DNA of 63,152 bases, filler included, from Dirinaria sp. TL-2023a (taxonomy: Eukaryota): NCBI GenBank assembly GCA_051941275.1. It is 20 parts of 20 records of this genome, joined end to end, with 100 filler letters (N's around TTAATTAATTAA, not from the genome) between each part and the next. Parts side by side here need not be neighbours in the genome. Positions count along the whole stretch, not along the records: positions 9,596 to 12,687 come from JAVEBF010002120.1; positions 12,788 to 15,878 come from JAVEBF010002121.1; positions 15,979 to 19,068 come from JAVEBF010002122.1; positions 19,169 to 22,255 come from JAVEBF010002123.1; positions 22,356 to 25,437 come from JAVEBF010002124.1; 15 more parts are not named here. One strand, given 5' to 3'. Each line of letters begins with the position of its first letter. Position 1 is the first letter of the stretch. Below the pieces are notes generated by a model. The model did no database searches. It was not told the DNA's origin and saw only the letters and a program-made list of their open reading frames with translations. Position numbers and translations under genes: made by a program. Positions 10,982 to 22,532 of this stretch are shown here, one piece after another.

Positions 10982-11959
10982 TCAAACTGCAAAACGAATG
11001 TGGGGGCTTCCCCTTCTTCTGTCACCCCGCCCTGACCTTGGAATGCAAGGCTCGCCCATGTTCACTGCGTAACAACGCACACCGCAGTAGTCGCAGGTCA
11101 TGGAATGCATAGACTCACATGTCCGGTCCTGCCCGGCTGCATCTTCTGACAGCCAAGTAGTCGGGACACGGAAGGCTGCACTGTCCCTTGTTGCTGGCCT
11201 GCGACTTGTAGAACCTGTCGCCGACTGGGTCCGAGGCCGACCAGAAGGAATTCCAGTATGTTCATTAACACTCGCAGCTGTATTTTGCGTTTCGGCAGTA
11301 CTGTCTCGAGCCGCTGTTCGAGAGTTCGTAGTCTCGCAGGGAAGTTCAGCAGCACCGTTGACATCCGCCCTCGACGCTGGCTGCGCGGCAGTTTTGGATG
11401 GCCCCGCTGCACCTGTGGCGTGCTCGGAATTGTCGTATTTATCTTGCCGAGAAGATGTAGCATCAGCCGATTTTTGAGGCGTGGGGTTCTGGCGTCCATG
11501 TCGTTCTATAGCACGATAGTGGCTACGATGAGCGAACTGGTTCCCACCTCGATGACATGAGAGACAAAGCATGCACGTCGGGCACAGGCTTTGGCTATGA
11601 TCGTGCTTCTCGCCAGCTTGCGGGAAGATGGGGCAGACGGAGCAGCGGTGACACGTGTCGCAGAAATCGCATCTGGGCTGCCTGCGTGGGGATGACGAAA
11701 TTGCCCGTGCAGTGGCTTGCATGGCGGGAGTTGGATGCATTCTGGAACTTTCACTTCGTGAAGACCTAGGGTTCATTGTTGCAGAGGCCCTCAGAGTAGC
11801 ACTAGAGCGTGCCCTTCCCCCTCGAAGCGGTCGTTCAGAGGTATTAGTAGCGAGGCGAAGCGTAGGGGGAGAACGCGGAGAGGAATTTCCCGCATCCCCA
11901 GAGCTTGGAAACATCCAGCCGGGTACGACTTCGAAATCTCTTGATGGATACTGACCCAT
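10982..11959 (-). CDS. Hypothetical Ser/Arg-rich protein with Cys/His clusters
   Basis: 325-aa ATG-initiated ORF containing CDFCDTCHRCSVC..H.H..CPTCMLCLSCH and CDYC; TATA-like element near 12070. No family recognised. Confidence 0.45.
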   Translation of the reverse strand: MGQYPSRDFEVVPGWMFPSSGDAGNSSPRSPPTLRLATNTSERPLRGGRARSSATLRASATMNPRSSRSESSRMHPTPAMQATARAISSSPRRQPRCDFCDTCHRCSVCPIFPQAGEKHDHSQSLCPTCMLCLSCHRGGNQFAHRSHYRAIERHGRQNPTPQKSADATSSRQDKYDNSEHATGAAGPSKTAAQPASRADVNGAAELPCETTNSRTAARDSTAETQNTAASVNEHTGIPSGRPRTQSATGSTSRRPATRDSAAFRVPTTWLSEDAAGQDRTCESMHSMTCDYCGVRCYAVNMGEPCIPRSGRGDRRRGSPHIRFAV

Positions 11960-12141
11960 GGTTATAGGATTTGAACAGAGCTTTCTTTAACGAGATTTGA
12001 GCTAAAGACAAACGACCCTCGAAAGATATTAGAATGAGAAAGAGAAACGCAAAAGCTCCAGCATGCTCCTTTATATATCGATCAGAAACAGCGAGAAACG
12101 AATGCTGACACACATTTTATACTATAGTAACTATAGAGAGC

Positions 12142-12198
12142 TGACTCAAATGGCCGCTATCTGACACAGTCAATGAGGAGAACATGAGCGCTGACTCA
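12142..12198. promoter_or_regulatory. Paired TGACTCA (Gcn4/CpcA/AP-1-type) sites
   Basis: GCTGACTCAAA occurs twice, 50 bp apart (cores 12142-12148 and 12192-12198), upstream of the minus-strand ORF starting at 11959. Confidence 0.35.
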
Positions 12199-12932
12199 AA
12201 AATACATTATCCAGATATACTAATTAGAAAAGGAAAATGAGCAATAAGCCTCCCCGCAACCGCAAACACATAGCAAACAAGCACCAGCTGCCCAAGATGA
12301 ACACTTGCACAGCTCATTCGAGGGTCGTGAGCCACTACAGCACACCGCAAACCTGCAAGGCCATATCGGATCACAACTACGTTCTGCGAGAATCGAAAAC
12401 AACGAAGCTTGACCATCCAAACTTTAGGCCTGGGGATAACACTGCACTGCTTGGCTGAAACATCTGATGAACAGCGCAATCCCAAATCGGTCAAGTAATC
12501 AGTGTGCTAAACTGGGATCTGACAATATCATCCGTTGCAGCCCAGCAGTTTTACCCACCAAACCAGTTTGCCCCTCCACCGGCCCAAGATTGTGAGGTGT
12601 TTGCCTGAAAAGGCTAACTTGATTAAATTTGGAAACCGAAAAGAACATTTTTTGAACCCAAAAACTCATAAACAGGATCTCAGAATCNNNNNNNNNNNNN
12701 NNNNNNNNNNNNNNNNNNNNNNNNNNNNNNNTTAATTAATTAANNNNNNNNNNNNNNNNNNNNNNNNNNNNNNNNNNNNNNNNNNNNGTACTGTACTTTA
12801 TTGAAGATGGTGGTGGGAGATGGATATTAGACTGGAGTGGGGTGGAGTGCGGGACTATTTCCTCAATCAGTATGGCTTAGCATTGAAAACTAATTGGAAT
12901 ATATAAATGTAAATAAGACATACTCCAAGTAT

Positions 12933-13031
12933 GGTGAGGTGGCCGAGTGGTTATGGCGCCACGTTTAGGTCTTTTTCTAAACTGGAAGCCCGTGGTGGGA
13001 AACCGCGTGGGTTCGAATCCCACCCTCATCA
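12933..13031 (+). tRNA. tRNA-Leu (anticodon TAG) with 20-nt intron (12970-12989)
   Basis: Acceptor stem GGTGAGG/CCTCATC, A box TGGCCGAGTGG, anticodon stem CCACG/CGTGG, long variable arm, T arm GTGGGTTCGAATCCCAC; intron at canonical position 37/38. Confidence 0.93.
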
Positions 13032-13736
13032 TCACTTATTCTTTTGCATTTCTCAGAAGAATTACTGTTTCAATTCGAGAAAGCTACGTTCAACAACCCA
13101 CTGTATGTTTTTGATTTGTTTCAGTGTCAGCAGAGGGTCGTACATGGTATGATTCCTCGAAAGTACGAGCACGGCGAGTGAGCAGAAGACCCTTGCTTGG
13201 CTGATCATACTTCGGCACAAATTGCTTTGAGTATGGCTCAAGGTACCTATCAACATACTCTGACCCGCAAGACTTGTACTTCTACGAGAAATATCCCGTT
13301 TGTTGGGGTTGAGCAATTACTAGCCGCTGAGGTTCAGAGGCGGTAAGGGCAGAGATAGCGGAAATCGCATCACATATCATGGATTTTAGAGCACGCTTTT
13401 GGGGGAACGGTTTTCTATATATTTCTAGGTAAAGACTGTAGGCACACAGCAGACGCTGTGAGCTGAAGCGGACTTCGCAAACTCGCACAAGACCAGTACA
13501 CTTGTAAAGGACAGTTTAGATCGAGCAAACGCACTTGGCTGAACGTACAGACCACTCTTCGTAATACATTGACTGTTCGAATGAAAATAGAGGTCAGCTG
13601 AACCTGGGAAGTAAGGATTGTCCTTTCCCACCATCAACATATCCAACGTTCACCCCCTACTTCGACCACTGCGAATTGCATCCTCCTTACCACCCATTAG
13701 CGGCAATAACAGGATAGCTTTTAGCTCCATTGCAGT

Positions 13737-14743
13737 CTAGTATTCCTCCAAGGTATCCGCATTGGAGCTTTGATGACTGATTCCTGGAGCTATAGTGTTG
13801 GAGGGCGCTGGCAAGAGGCGCCGACTCGTGTTGCTGACTACCGTCTGTCCTGCATGGACTTTTTGGTGGCTCTTGAGCTTATCCTTACGGAGAAAGCCAT
13901 TATCACCACTGTACTTGCAGGTGAGGACACTGCAAGGATGTAGAGACTGTTCAGTACAGTGTTTGGCCCGGTAATGTCGAAAGAGGCCTCTCAAGTCTTT
14001 GAATTTATTTGGGCAACCGTGCTCCGGACATTTGTAGTCCTTGTTATCAAGCCGGAATGAAGAACCGGCCAATTTCCATGGTCCATAACACGAATATCTT
14101 AGAACCTTCCAACTATGAACTTCTTCTGTTCTGCCCGGTTCAGGACGGGCCCAGGACGGGCACGGAGCATAGACCTCTTGAAGTCCGAGCTTCCAACTTT
14201 GAATATCAAGAAGGGCCTCACGAGTGAGATGGACAGACAAGTATTCGCGAACACAAAGAAGGCAGACACACTGCTCAGGACGCTGGCCAAGGGATGGACT
14301 GCTTTGCCCAGTAGTTATGTCCCCAGTAGTTATGTCGATTATTTTGCTGCGAATTGACGAATAGAAGTTGGTGACGATCGTGTAACCCGCTCCAAATCTA
14401 GCGGTAAAATCACGCAAAGCGCGTTCGATGCGGACTACTATAGCGTCCTCAGGGTCTGCGCTCATAGGATGGTCTTGCAATGGAATCGATGAATCTGGCG
14501 ATATGGTTTCACCATTTTCCTGCGATTGGTCGATAGCCAGGCCTGGATTCTGAAAGGGGGTGGCGGCCCTTTTTCTTATACGGGCCCTTTTGTCAGCCAA
14601 TAAAAAAAAACCTACCGAGTCTGATCCACCTCGCATCCCGCAGGAGGTGGGGACTCGAAGGCGTCAGGGTTCAACCACTGCGTCCAATTGATATCGGATT
14701 CGTCCATCTCGGTAGAATGGTGTGGTTCCACAGACGTATCCAT
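13737..14743 (-). CDS. C2H2 zinc-finger protein (probable intron 14615-14575)
   Basis: YKCPEHGC..F..L.RHY..KH and CSVLTC..FLRKDKLKSHQKVH; upstream exon MDTSVE... joins in frame through a GTAGGT..GCTGAC..TAG/AAG-type intron. Confidence 0.75.
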
Positions 14744-15157
14744 CGGGCGTCGTGGCGTTATGTTGCGTTGGCGGGGCCCTTCTGGAGAGCCAATGGGGAA
14801 AAAGTAGCAAAGGAAGATTCGGAGCAATGAGCTTGGCGGGTGAAGAGGATTGAGGGTAGAAGGCAAGTGGAAACACGGGGGGAGGAGGGTCTTCTTGTAC
14901 ACGAGCAGCCGGAGCCCTGGACAATGCTGAAGGGGCCCTCGTGCCTACTTCCATGATTGGGTTGCCCCTAGCTCTACTGTACTTATGGACCGACAGCAGG
15001 CGACGCCAAGCCCCGCACTTTGTAGATTTTCGTAGACTCCTCCGTACTATACTTTACTTTGGATACACGTGATCTTTGGTTTCTTGAACCCCTGTACAAC
15101 AGGAATGGTAATCAGAGTAATGCACAAGACCGAGGTATCAATCGATCGATAAACAAT

Positions 15158-15787
15158 ATGAGCGACAATAGTGCAGTAGATGCAAGGTTGAAATTCCTCA
15201 CCTCGGCGGCCTTGTCATACGCACCCTCTGCCCCCGCCACATCCGCCCATCTCATGTTCCAGTGCATTCGAGTGTCAGACGAGAATGAGCGCCCTCTGAA
15301 TATCCAAAAGCCTCATGATGTCTTCTGTCGGGCTTGTGGGACTATATTAGTTGGAGAATGTGAGCCTGGGACGTCACTAGCCAGCCACAAGAAAGATGAA
15401 CAGTCACTGGACGCTTTCAAAAGTGGGTCACTGGAGAAGTTTACTGCGTCATCTCAAAATTCCGAGTCAAAGTGCTCTGCCTGCCATCGATACCTCAGAC
15501 AGCCGATGTCAGCGACAAAGAAAGGGGGTGGGAGCCGTTTATTGAAGCAGCAGTCACTGGGAGTTTTCAATAAAAGCGATATACATTACTCAGGCGATAC
15601 TAACGCTAGAATTACGAAATCATCGAAAGAAGTACATGCCAGTGTTTCCACAAACGCCACCAGTAAGCAGCGCGCCAAAGCTCGCAAGCAGGGCGGCCTG
15701 CACGCTATGATTGAACAATCAAGAAAACGCCAACAAGCCAATGGAATGGGCAGCCTAGATCTGATGGACTTTATGAAGGCGAGGTAA
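15158..15787 (+). CDS. RNase P/MRP subunit Rpr2/Rpp21/Snm1-like zinc protein
   Basis: ARLKFL..AA, FCRACGTILV and CSACH zinc pairs; C-terminal KQRAKARKQGGL..LDLMDFMK typical of filamentous-fungal homologues. Confidence 0.75.
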   Translation: MSDNSAVDARLKFLTSAALSYAPSAPATSAHLMFQCIRVSDENERPLNIQKPHDVFCRACGTILVGECEPGTSLASHKKDEQSLDAFKSGSLEKFTASSQNSESKCSACHRYLRQPMSATKKGGGSRLLKQQSLGVFNKSDIHYSGDTNARITKSSKEVHASVSTNATSKQRAKARKQGGLHAMIEQSRKRQQANGMGSLDLMDFMKAR

Positions 15788-16151
15788 CCAACAGTCCATC
15801 GTCCAACTCAAGCCTAGCGGATCCTCCAGCTGCTACGCGCGCTTCAGCTCCTGAATGCGTGCGAGAATGCCTCTCTTCNNNNNNNNNNNNNNNNNNNNNN
15901 NNNNNNNNNNNNNNNNNNNNNNTTAATTAATTAANNNNNNNNNNNNNNNNNNNNNNNNNNNNNNNNNNNNNNNNNNNNCAACCTACCCCCCCCCCCCCCA
16001 GCGCGCTGATTTTGTTAATCCATCTACTCGCTATCCATTCGCTCTCTTCGCTTTGTTGAAGCACAGATCTCGCCCATATCTATCTACTTCGGTCCAGTAA
16101 AGCCTTACCTTCAGCCGAACCAGGGCCAGAAGCCAGAAGGATCCTCCCACC

Positions 16152-17943
16152 ATGGCAGCCGATGTCTCTTCGACCCGTCTCTATCTGGGAAATCTTCCTC
16201 GCGATGGTATGCAGTCCTCTGTTCTAGAAATTTGTCTCTTCCTGGAGGATTTTCTGCCTAGGGCCAAGAGCGTGGTGTTGCGGTCGCCTGCTACTCGGAG
16301 CTGTCGCACATTGGAACCGGGGCTCTGTGCTTGTGGAAACATGATGGATCCTCCACCTTCCCATCATTTGCGCGGTATATTTACTCTATGCGGTCGCTGA
16401 CCAACCACTTGCCTCTGAACAGTCACCAAGGAAGATATCCAGAGCCACTTCTCCAAGGACGGAACTGGTAACATCACCGAAGTCAAGCTGATGAACGGTT
16501 TTGGCTTCATCGAGTACGACGATCCGCTAGACGCCCGGGATATGGTTCCAGGTAAGTCCGGAACCGAAATTACGTCTCTTGGGGAAAGCTGCTAACCATG
16601 TCGCGCAGCCATGCGTAAGTGGCCGCAGTGCCTTGCAATCGCGAATTCTAACAAACACCATCTTCTAGACGGGTCTGATCTCAATGGATCACGCCTTACC
16701 GTTCAGTTCGCGCGAGGTTCCCGACCGCACGATGCTTTTGCCATGCATGACCGCCAACGTCCCAAGCCGAGGCGCACTGCAAATCGCATGCAGATCACAG
16801 GACTTCCGGGTGACACCAGCTGGCAGGTTAGCTAAAAAGTTCCTACTCCGTCCTTCCTTGGTCCTTGGCTTCTACATACACGGAAATCTTGTCACTGGAA
16901 ATCAATTCCAGAGCTTCTGTCACCAGAGGCCGTCATGTGGGCTCGCACTTTCCTCTTTGGTTTCTGCTGCGCGAGGACTTTTTTGCCTTGGTCAAAGCGC
17001 ATGTGCTCGGCCCCCTTCCTGAGCCATTGAATGAGCCGCGTGTTGAACTGGCCTCCGGATTCTTGTTGAAGTGGGGCTGCTGCTTTCACACCGGCTCGTT
17101 TGGCTCGTGAACATGGAGTGCTGTTCGATTTGAATTTTCCCATCGGGAATCTCGAACAGCTTTGACACGTGGATTGGTTCCATTTCAACTGCGCACTATC
17201 TCCCTCATGGCTCGGCTACAGCAGTGGACCGGAACAGGACTTACTTTGGATCCTAGGATCTCAAGGATTTTGCGCGTCGATCTGGTCTTGATGTCGTCTA
17301 CTCCGAGGTAGGACGTGACCGCGATGGAAAAGGGTATGTATCTACAACTGAACGAGTAGCGTCTAAGCTGACCCTGCATAGATTTGTGGAGTTCGAATCT
17401 GCAGCGGATATGAAAGTCGCCGTCGAAAAGCTCGACGGGAGTGAATTCAAGGGCAGTAACGTCCGATGTGTAGCTGACGTTTGTTTAATCCACATGCGAC
17501 CCCCAATTGATATTCTCCCTAACAGACTCTAGCCCCAAGAAGAAGTCCCTCAATTTGGTCGTGGCTATGGACGTTCTCGTTCCCCGCCTCGTCGCGGAGG
17601 CTATGGGTATCCCCCTGCGGATGGCGGCTACTATGATCGTCGCGGGCCTCCGCCTCGTGGTTATTCCCCACGTCGCGACGACTACCGGCGTCGCACACCG
17701 CCACGAGAGGAATACTATCGCGACCGCTATCGCTCCCCTCCCCCTCCTCGCGGTGCGCCCCGCGGTCCGCCTCTCGATGAGTCCTACCCGCCTGCCCGCG
17801 GCGGCTACCCTGACGACCGTTACGGCGGCCCTCCGCCGCCTCGTCGCGGCTACGATGACCCTTACACCAACGGTTACGATCGGCGTGCGCGCTCGCCGCC
17901 TCGAGGCTATGGAGGATATGATGATCGCCCGCGCTACTGGTGA
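16152..17943 (+). CDS. SR-family pre-mRNA splicing factor with two RRMs (Srp2/SRSF4-5-6-like); exons 16152-16206, 16423-16551, 16609-16614, 16669-16826, 17257-17333, 17382-17478, 17533-17943
   Basis: RNP motifs LYLGNL and GFGFIEY; RRM2 signature SWQ|DLKD; RS/RG/Y-rich tail; all introns GT-AG and the frame is maintained to TGA at 17941-17943. Confidence 0.93.
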
Positions 17944-18339
17944 TTGCTTTCCTCGAGCTCGCCAGATTGTAGGGGAACCCCTTTGCTTATCATGACAGAA
18001 CCGCTTCCCCCCCAAATCGCAACCAACTCCTGCCATCCACCTAAACCGACTTCTGAGTATCTCGCAAAGGTGATGGATGTGGATGCCCGTTGCTGTGGTG
18101 GTGGTAGTGACGGTGGTGGTTCTTTTCTTGAGCAATTCATTATTGTCACTATTCTTTGTCTGCAAAATTGAAATTGAAATTGAAATTGATATCGGTTCCT
18201 AGAAGGGGGATCTAGTTGATTTAAGTGAAAAATGGGGGGAGTAGTAGTAGTATTTGGTGAGCCCGAAAATTGAGAATTGAAAATGAAAAGTTGAAAATTA
18301 GGAAGGATGAAGAATGCATGCTTTTTCCCACCACCACCA

Positions 18340-18720
18340 AAAAAAAAAAAGGAGTCTATAAACCCCTTATATCCTCCCATCCTACCCTAACAGAATAAAA
18401 CAGCCCATGACTTGCATGATCCATCAATTATTAACTCCATACTCCATACTCCATACTACCACCTCATCTTGTGGTAAGATAGGCACTTTTGTGTCCTTTT
18501 TCCCCCCCCCTCCAAAAAACGAAATTTAAAAAAAAAAAAAAAAAAAAGAATCGAGTCTATAAAAACCCCCTTTTATCCCTCCTTCCTTCCCTCCTTCCTC
18601 CTATCCTATTCTAACAAAACAGCCCATGATTCAGATTACATGATTCATTAATTATTAACTCCCTACCCTCCTCATAGGTACCTTGTGATAAGGTAGACAT
18701 TTTTGTGTCTTTTTCTCTTT
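18340..18720. repeat. Diverged tandem duplication (about 170-190 bp x2)
   Basis: polyA-GAGTCTATAAA..AAAACAGCCCATGA..AATTATTAACTCC..TTTTGTGTC occurs twice, at about 18340-18502 and 18530-18720. Confidence 0.75.
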
Positions 18721-19650
18721 TTTGGACCTTGAGAGAGGAAAACCAGCTGGGGGAGGGGACCTAAGATTTTTCGTGTGTTCAGCCAGTAGAATGTGAGGAG
18801 GAGGAGGAGCAGTGGTAGTGAAGGTATCACGTTTCGGCTTTTTTAAAAAATTTTTTTTGAAGTTTTGGGGTAGGTAAAGGGAGATTGATCAAGGGTCGCT
18901 GGACTCGTACATAAAGGATGCTAAAGGTGACGACCCCGGGGGCGGATAAAAATCGGACCTCGGCTCCTCGGGCTCAGAGAACTCGGTTAGATACTAAGGT
19001 ACATACTGTCCTGTAGTGGGGATGGGAAGGAAAGTCTTACCTTACAATTTTTTTTTTTTTTTTTTTTTNNNNNNNNNNNNNNNNNNNNNNNNNNNNNNNN
19101 NNNNNNNNNNNNTTAATTAATTAANNNNNNNNNNNNNNNNNNNNNNNNNNNNNNNNNNNNNNNNNNNNGCATTGGTGTTTTAGAATGGATGGAGAAGTCG
19201 TTGGGAGATAAGGAAGAGGGGGAGAGAGGAGTAGATGTGGTTCTACATTAGCAGCATTCAAATCCGACTTCCTTCTACCTTATCTTGACCCCATACCCTC
19301 CTTACAGTAAAGTAACAAAAGAAACACCAGCACCCATCCCAATCCCCCTTATGCCTATCTTATCCATATCCTAGCACCTCTTTCTCAAAAAAAAAAAAGT
19401 CCCGTACTAGACCTCCGAATTGGAGAGGGGTTAGGATTAGGTTAAGGAGGGGAGCGTCTGTAAGATTACCTTTAAGGTACTAATAGATGGTAGGTAGCAG
19501 CGAAGGGGTCGATAGGATAGCATAAGCAGCCATTTGCAGCAAAAAGAAGAAGAAAAAAAGCGTTCTATGGGTATACTACGTAGACACTTTTAACGCCAGC
19601 TCATTAGATAAGAGCAAAATACACCTCAGTAGTAGAAAGGAAACCTGCCT

Positions 19651-20784
19651 TCAAACAATGCAACCCTTCTCGATGCCAAAGCACGTCCAGCCATGGATTT
19701 TCTCCTGACTCCTCTTCTCGGGGAAACCAACGCTCTCATCCTCATCCTCACCCTCCTTGGCTTTTGAAGAGCCCTGCCTATACCGCCTCACACACCCACC
19801 ATCTGCCTCAGCGTACGCATCAGCATTACCGAATTTCCACGGCCGGAGCTTCCCCCATAACGTACGGATCCCTCGAGAAGAAGAAGAAGATCGAGCGAGT
19901 CTTTCGTGCTCCTGGCGGTGCGTCGAGGGTAGAGTCCAATCGATCGTGGAGGCGGGAACGAAGTTCACGTAGCGCGGCTGCGGGCTTTCTTTTGTTGCTA
20001 GGACGTGGCGGGGGTCGAGGCATGTATTGTCGTTGGTAGGCCCTGGGAAAGAAATTTTCCTCGACACGATCGGGGTTGGGGGTCGGATTTCGGGGTTGCG
20101 CGCAGTTGGTGGGAGGAATGGGTTCTCGTATAGGAGATAGTTGATGGTGCTGGTGCTGGTTGATCGGTTGTGGCGAGGAATTGTAGAGGCCCGGCATGTT
20201 TCTGTTGGAGGTCGTACGAGGAATGAAGAACGTCGCGAACATGCCGTCGAGTGGTGACGGCTGGTGAACGGTGTGGAGTTGCGCCGGCTGTGGTTACGAA
20301 TTGAGGGTTGGGCTGTGGAAGATTGAGAGGCAGCGGAGGGTTTACGTGTTCGAGGTAACGGGTATGACGCTATTGCGGTGTTGTCAAGGCTTTGCTTCTC
20401 CGTCAGAGAAGATGTTGGGCTCGTTTCCTTGTGCGTGGTTTTGCGGCGGTGCCTAGGCTTCGATATACTACCGGTAGATATATCGGAGCAGTAGCCACTA
20501 TCGCAGTACTGAGAACGATGAGATTGGACGCTGTGCATTTCGGGATGAGGAGGTGTAGTATTGGTTGTCATTGAAAGGGTCAAGATGCTGTGCCTGGTAT
20601 CGTTGAAGTCGGTAGAAGAAGGCTTTTTGCAAGAGACTGCGAGCGGCGACAGATGGTTTTGTGGTTCAAGTTTCGGTCTGTTGACTGTTTTCGATGTAGT
20701 CGATAGTCGGGGAGGCCGATTGCGCTGAATCACGCCAATATGACCCCAAGATGTTCCAAGCGGAGAAGAGCCATAGTTTCGCAA
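19651..20784 (-). CDS. Conserved fungal hypothetical Ser-rich protein (start uncertain)
   Basis: 377-aa ORF; the C-terminal motif TIDWTLPSTHRQEHE..RGIRTLW..G.VRRYR resembles an unnamed Pezizomycotina family. Confidence 0.6.
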   Translation of the reverse strand: MRNYGSSPLGTSWGHIGVIQRNRPPRLSTTSKTVNRPKLEPQNHLSPLAVSCKKPSSTDFNDTRHSILTLSMTTNTTPPHPEMHSVQSHRSQYCDSGYCSDISTGSISKPRHRRKTTHKETSPTSSLTEKQSLDNTAIASYPLPRTRKPSAASQSSTAQPSIRNHSRRNSTPFTSRHHSTACSRRSSFLVRPPTETCRASTIPRHNRSTSTSTINYLLYENPFLPPTARNPEIRPPTPIVSRKISFPGPTNDNTCLDPRHVLATKESPQPRYVNFVPASTIDWTLPSTHRQEHERLARSSSSSRGIRTLWGKLRPWKFGNADAYAEADGGCVRRYRQGSSKAKEGEDEDESVGFPEKRSQEKIHGWTCFGIEKGCIV

Positions 20785-21982
20785 TCATGTTATCTTATTA
20801 CTGATGAATCGCTGGTATTCCGAGTCTCGCGACATTGAAAATGGGAACTATGCGAAACCGTCTCAATTGGGAACTGCGTCTACTTGGAACTTGACCTCCA
20901 ATGCACGCTTATGATTCACACTAGTGATGAACAGCAGCCACTTTCATGGCTGTAGAAGCTTAGAGAATAATAGCGGCTGTGAAGTCTAGAGATCTCCAGC
21001 TGAGTGTCCAATGGGAGAGAGCAATAGCGGTCTTGCTGGATCGCTACATGCACGCCACTACAATGCTAAGAGAACGTTGGCCGCTTCCATTCAGAGACCA
21101 GTTGCGAAGCGCCGATTGCGGAGACAAGAACAGATTGATGTCAGAGTTTCACATGAATATCGGGTACCATCATCAATCATAGAACGGCATCGGGCATGGG
21201 ACACCAGATACGTGTGATGGTGAGAAAGGAGAAGATTGCAATACTGGATCCCCTCGACCCGTCACTGAGCCAGCCACTTCATCAACAACATCTTCACATG
21301 CCAGTCTGTCTCGAATCGTCTATTGCCTCACGGCCAACACAATGGAGAATAATCTAGAACATGTGAACATCTTTGCTAGCTGGCACGAGTGAAAGGGCAC
21401 GAGGTCACCGAGACAGATCGACTGGTCGTTGCATCCGCGTTCAATAGCGCCCTGCAGACTTGGCAATCCACTAGAGGAAGAGTGCGTTGGCGTGAGAGAC
21501 TCGCTGCAGGCACGGGACGGGAATGAGAATGGTATCCTAGTCGGGTATGCCGTGACAGGGCAGTCAGGATACGGCGAATCCGGGAAGGATGAAGTCTTCT
21601 ACTAGCTGTGGAGTGGCCGATACGTCGGGAAGGGAACGGTTGAGGCGCCGAGAGCGCTATCTTACGTACTCGTACTGTGCATACTAAGGTACTGTAGATA
21701 TTTGTTACCACACCGCATCACCCTTCGAAATTCAAGATCATGGGCTTGATGGTAATGAAAGGAGGCTGCACTGCCTATAACTCCGCTCGGTGAAGTGCCT
21801 GTTCTGGCTAGAAGATTGGTTGAAAGCTAATAATGTCTCCTGATCATTAGAACGCATTCATTACTTTACGCATTGTAGGAATTAAATAATCGTCGCTATC
21901 GTGACATCGTCTCCCAAATCGCATCCCCAACGTATTCGTCGTAAAACAGTAATGAAGTAAAATCGAGCCCCTGATTACCTCC

Positions 21983-22255
21983 CTAGATGCCGTCCAGTCC
22001 TCCAAGCAGATCCAGCAGCCCAGCCACCCCCGCGGCTCCCAACAGGCCCCGCTTGACATCTTTTCCCGTCGTCCTTCCCTTCTTCTCCCTTCCTCCATCT
22101 ATCGGCTTGCCAGACCCTCCATCTCTCCTGCTGCTGCTGTGGTGATGGTGGTGATGGTGTGGCCTTTGCTGCGGTGGCCCCGACCGGGGCGGCCCGTAGA
22201 ATCCTGGGGGAGGCTGTGGACTCTGGCTGTAGCCTGGAGGCGGCATCCCATAGGG
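21983..22255 (-). CDS. 3' end of a Pro/His/Gly-rich hypothetical protein (5' truncated)
   Basis: PPPGYSQSPQPPPGFYGPP..HHHHHHH..GLLGAAGVAGLLDLLGGLDGI*; open to the contig edge. Confidence 0.5.
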   Translation of the reverse strand, partial: PYGMPPPGYSQSPQPPPGFYGPPRSGPPQQRPHHHHHHHSSSRRDGGSGKPIDGGREKKGRTTGKDVKRGLLGAAGVAGLLDLLGGLDGI

Positions 22256-22532
22256 NNNNNNNNNNNNNNNNNNNNNNNNNNNNNNNNNNNNNNNNNNNNT
22301 TAATTAATTAANNNNNNNNNNNNNNNNNNNNNNNNNNNNNNNNNNNNNNNNNNNNCGATTAATAAGGTGTCTATACAGTATCTACACGGTAATTTTCGAC
22401 TAATAAGGGTGTCTATACTGTTTTTCAGAAGCCACCGCGCTTTCTCGGTCCCAGGGAATCGTATATCTTCGCTAAGGTAGGTGAGGCAAGAAAGTAAGTG
22501 AAAACGAGTAAGATAGGAGAGAAAGGGGGAAT

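Noticed and set aside
14587..14615. Possible 29-nt ultra-short intron in the C2H2 gene
   Set aside because: An in-frame acceptor at 14575 gives a more normal 41-nt intron and branch-to-AG spacing; unresolved without RNA data.
19426..19448. Telomere-like TTAGGG repeats
   Set aside because: Only 2-3 degenerate units, internal to the contig.
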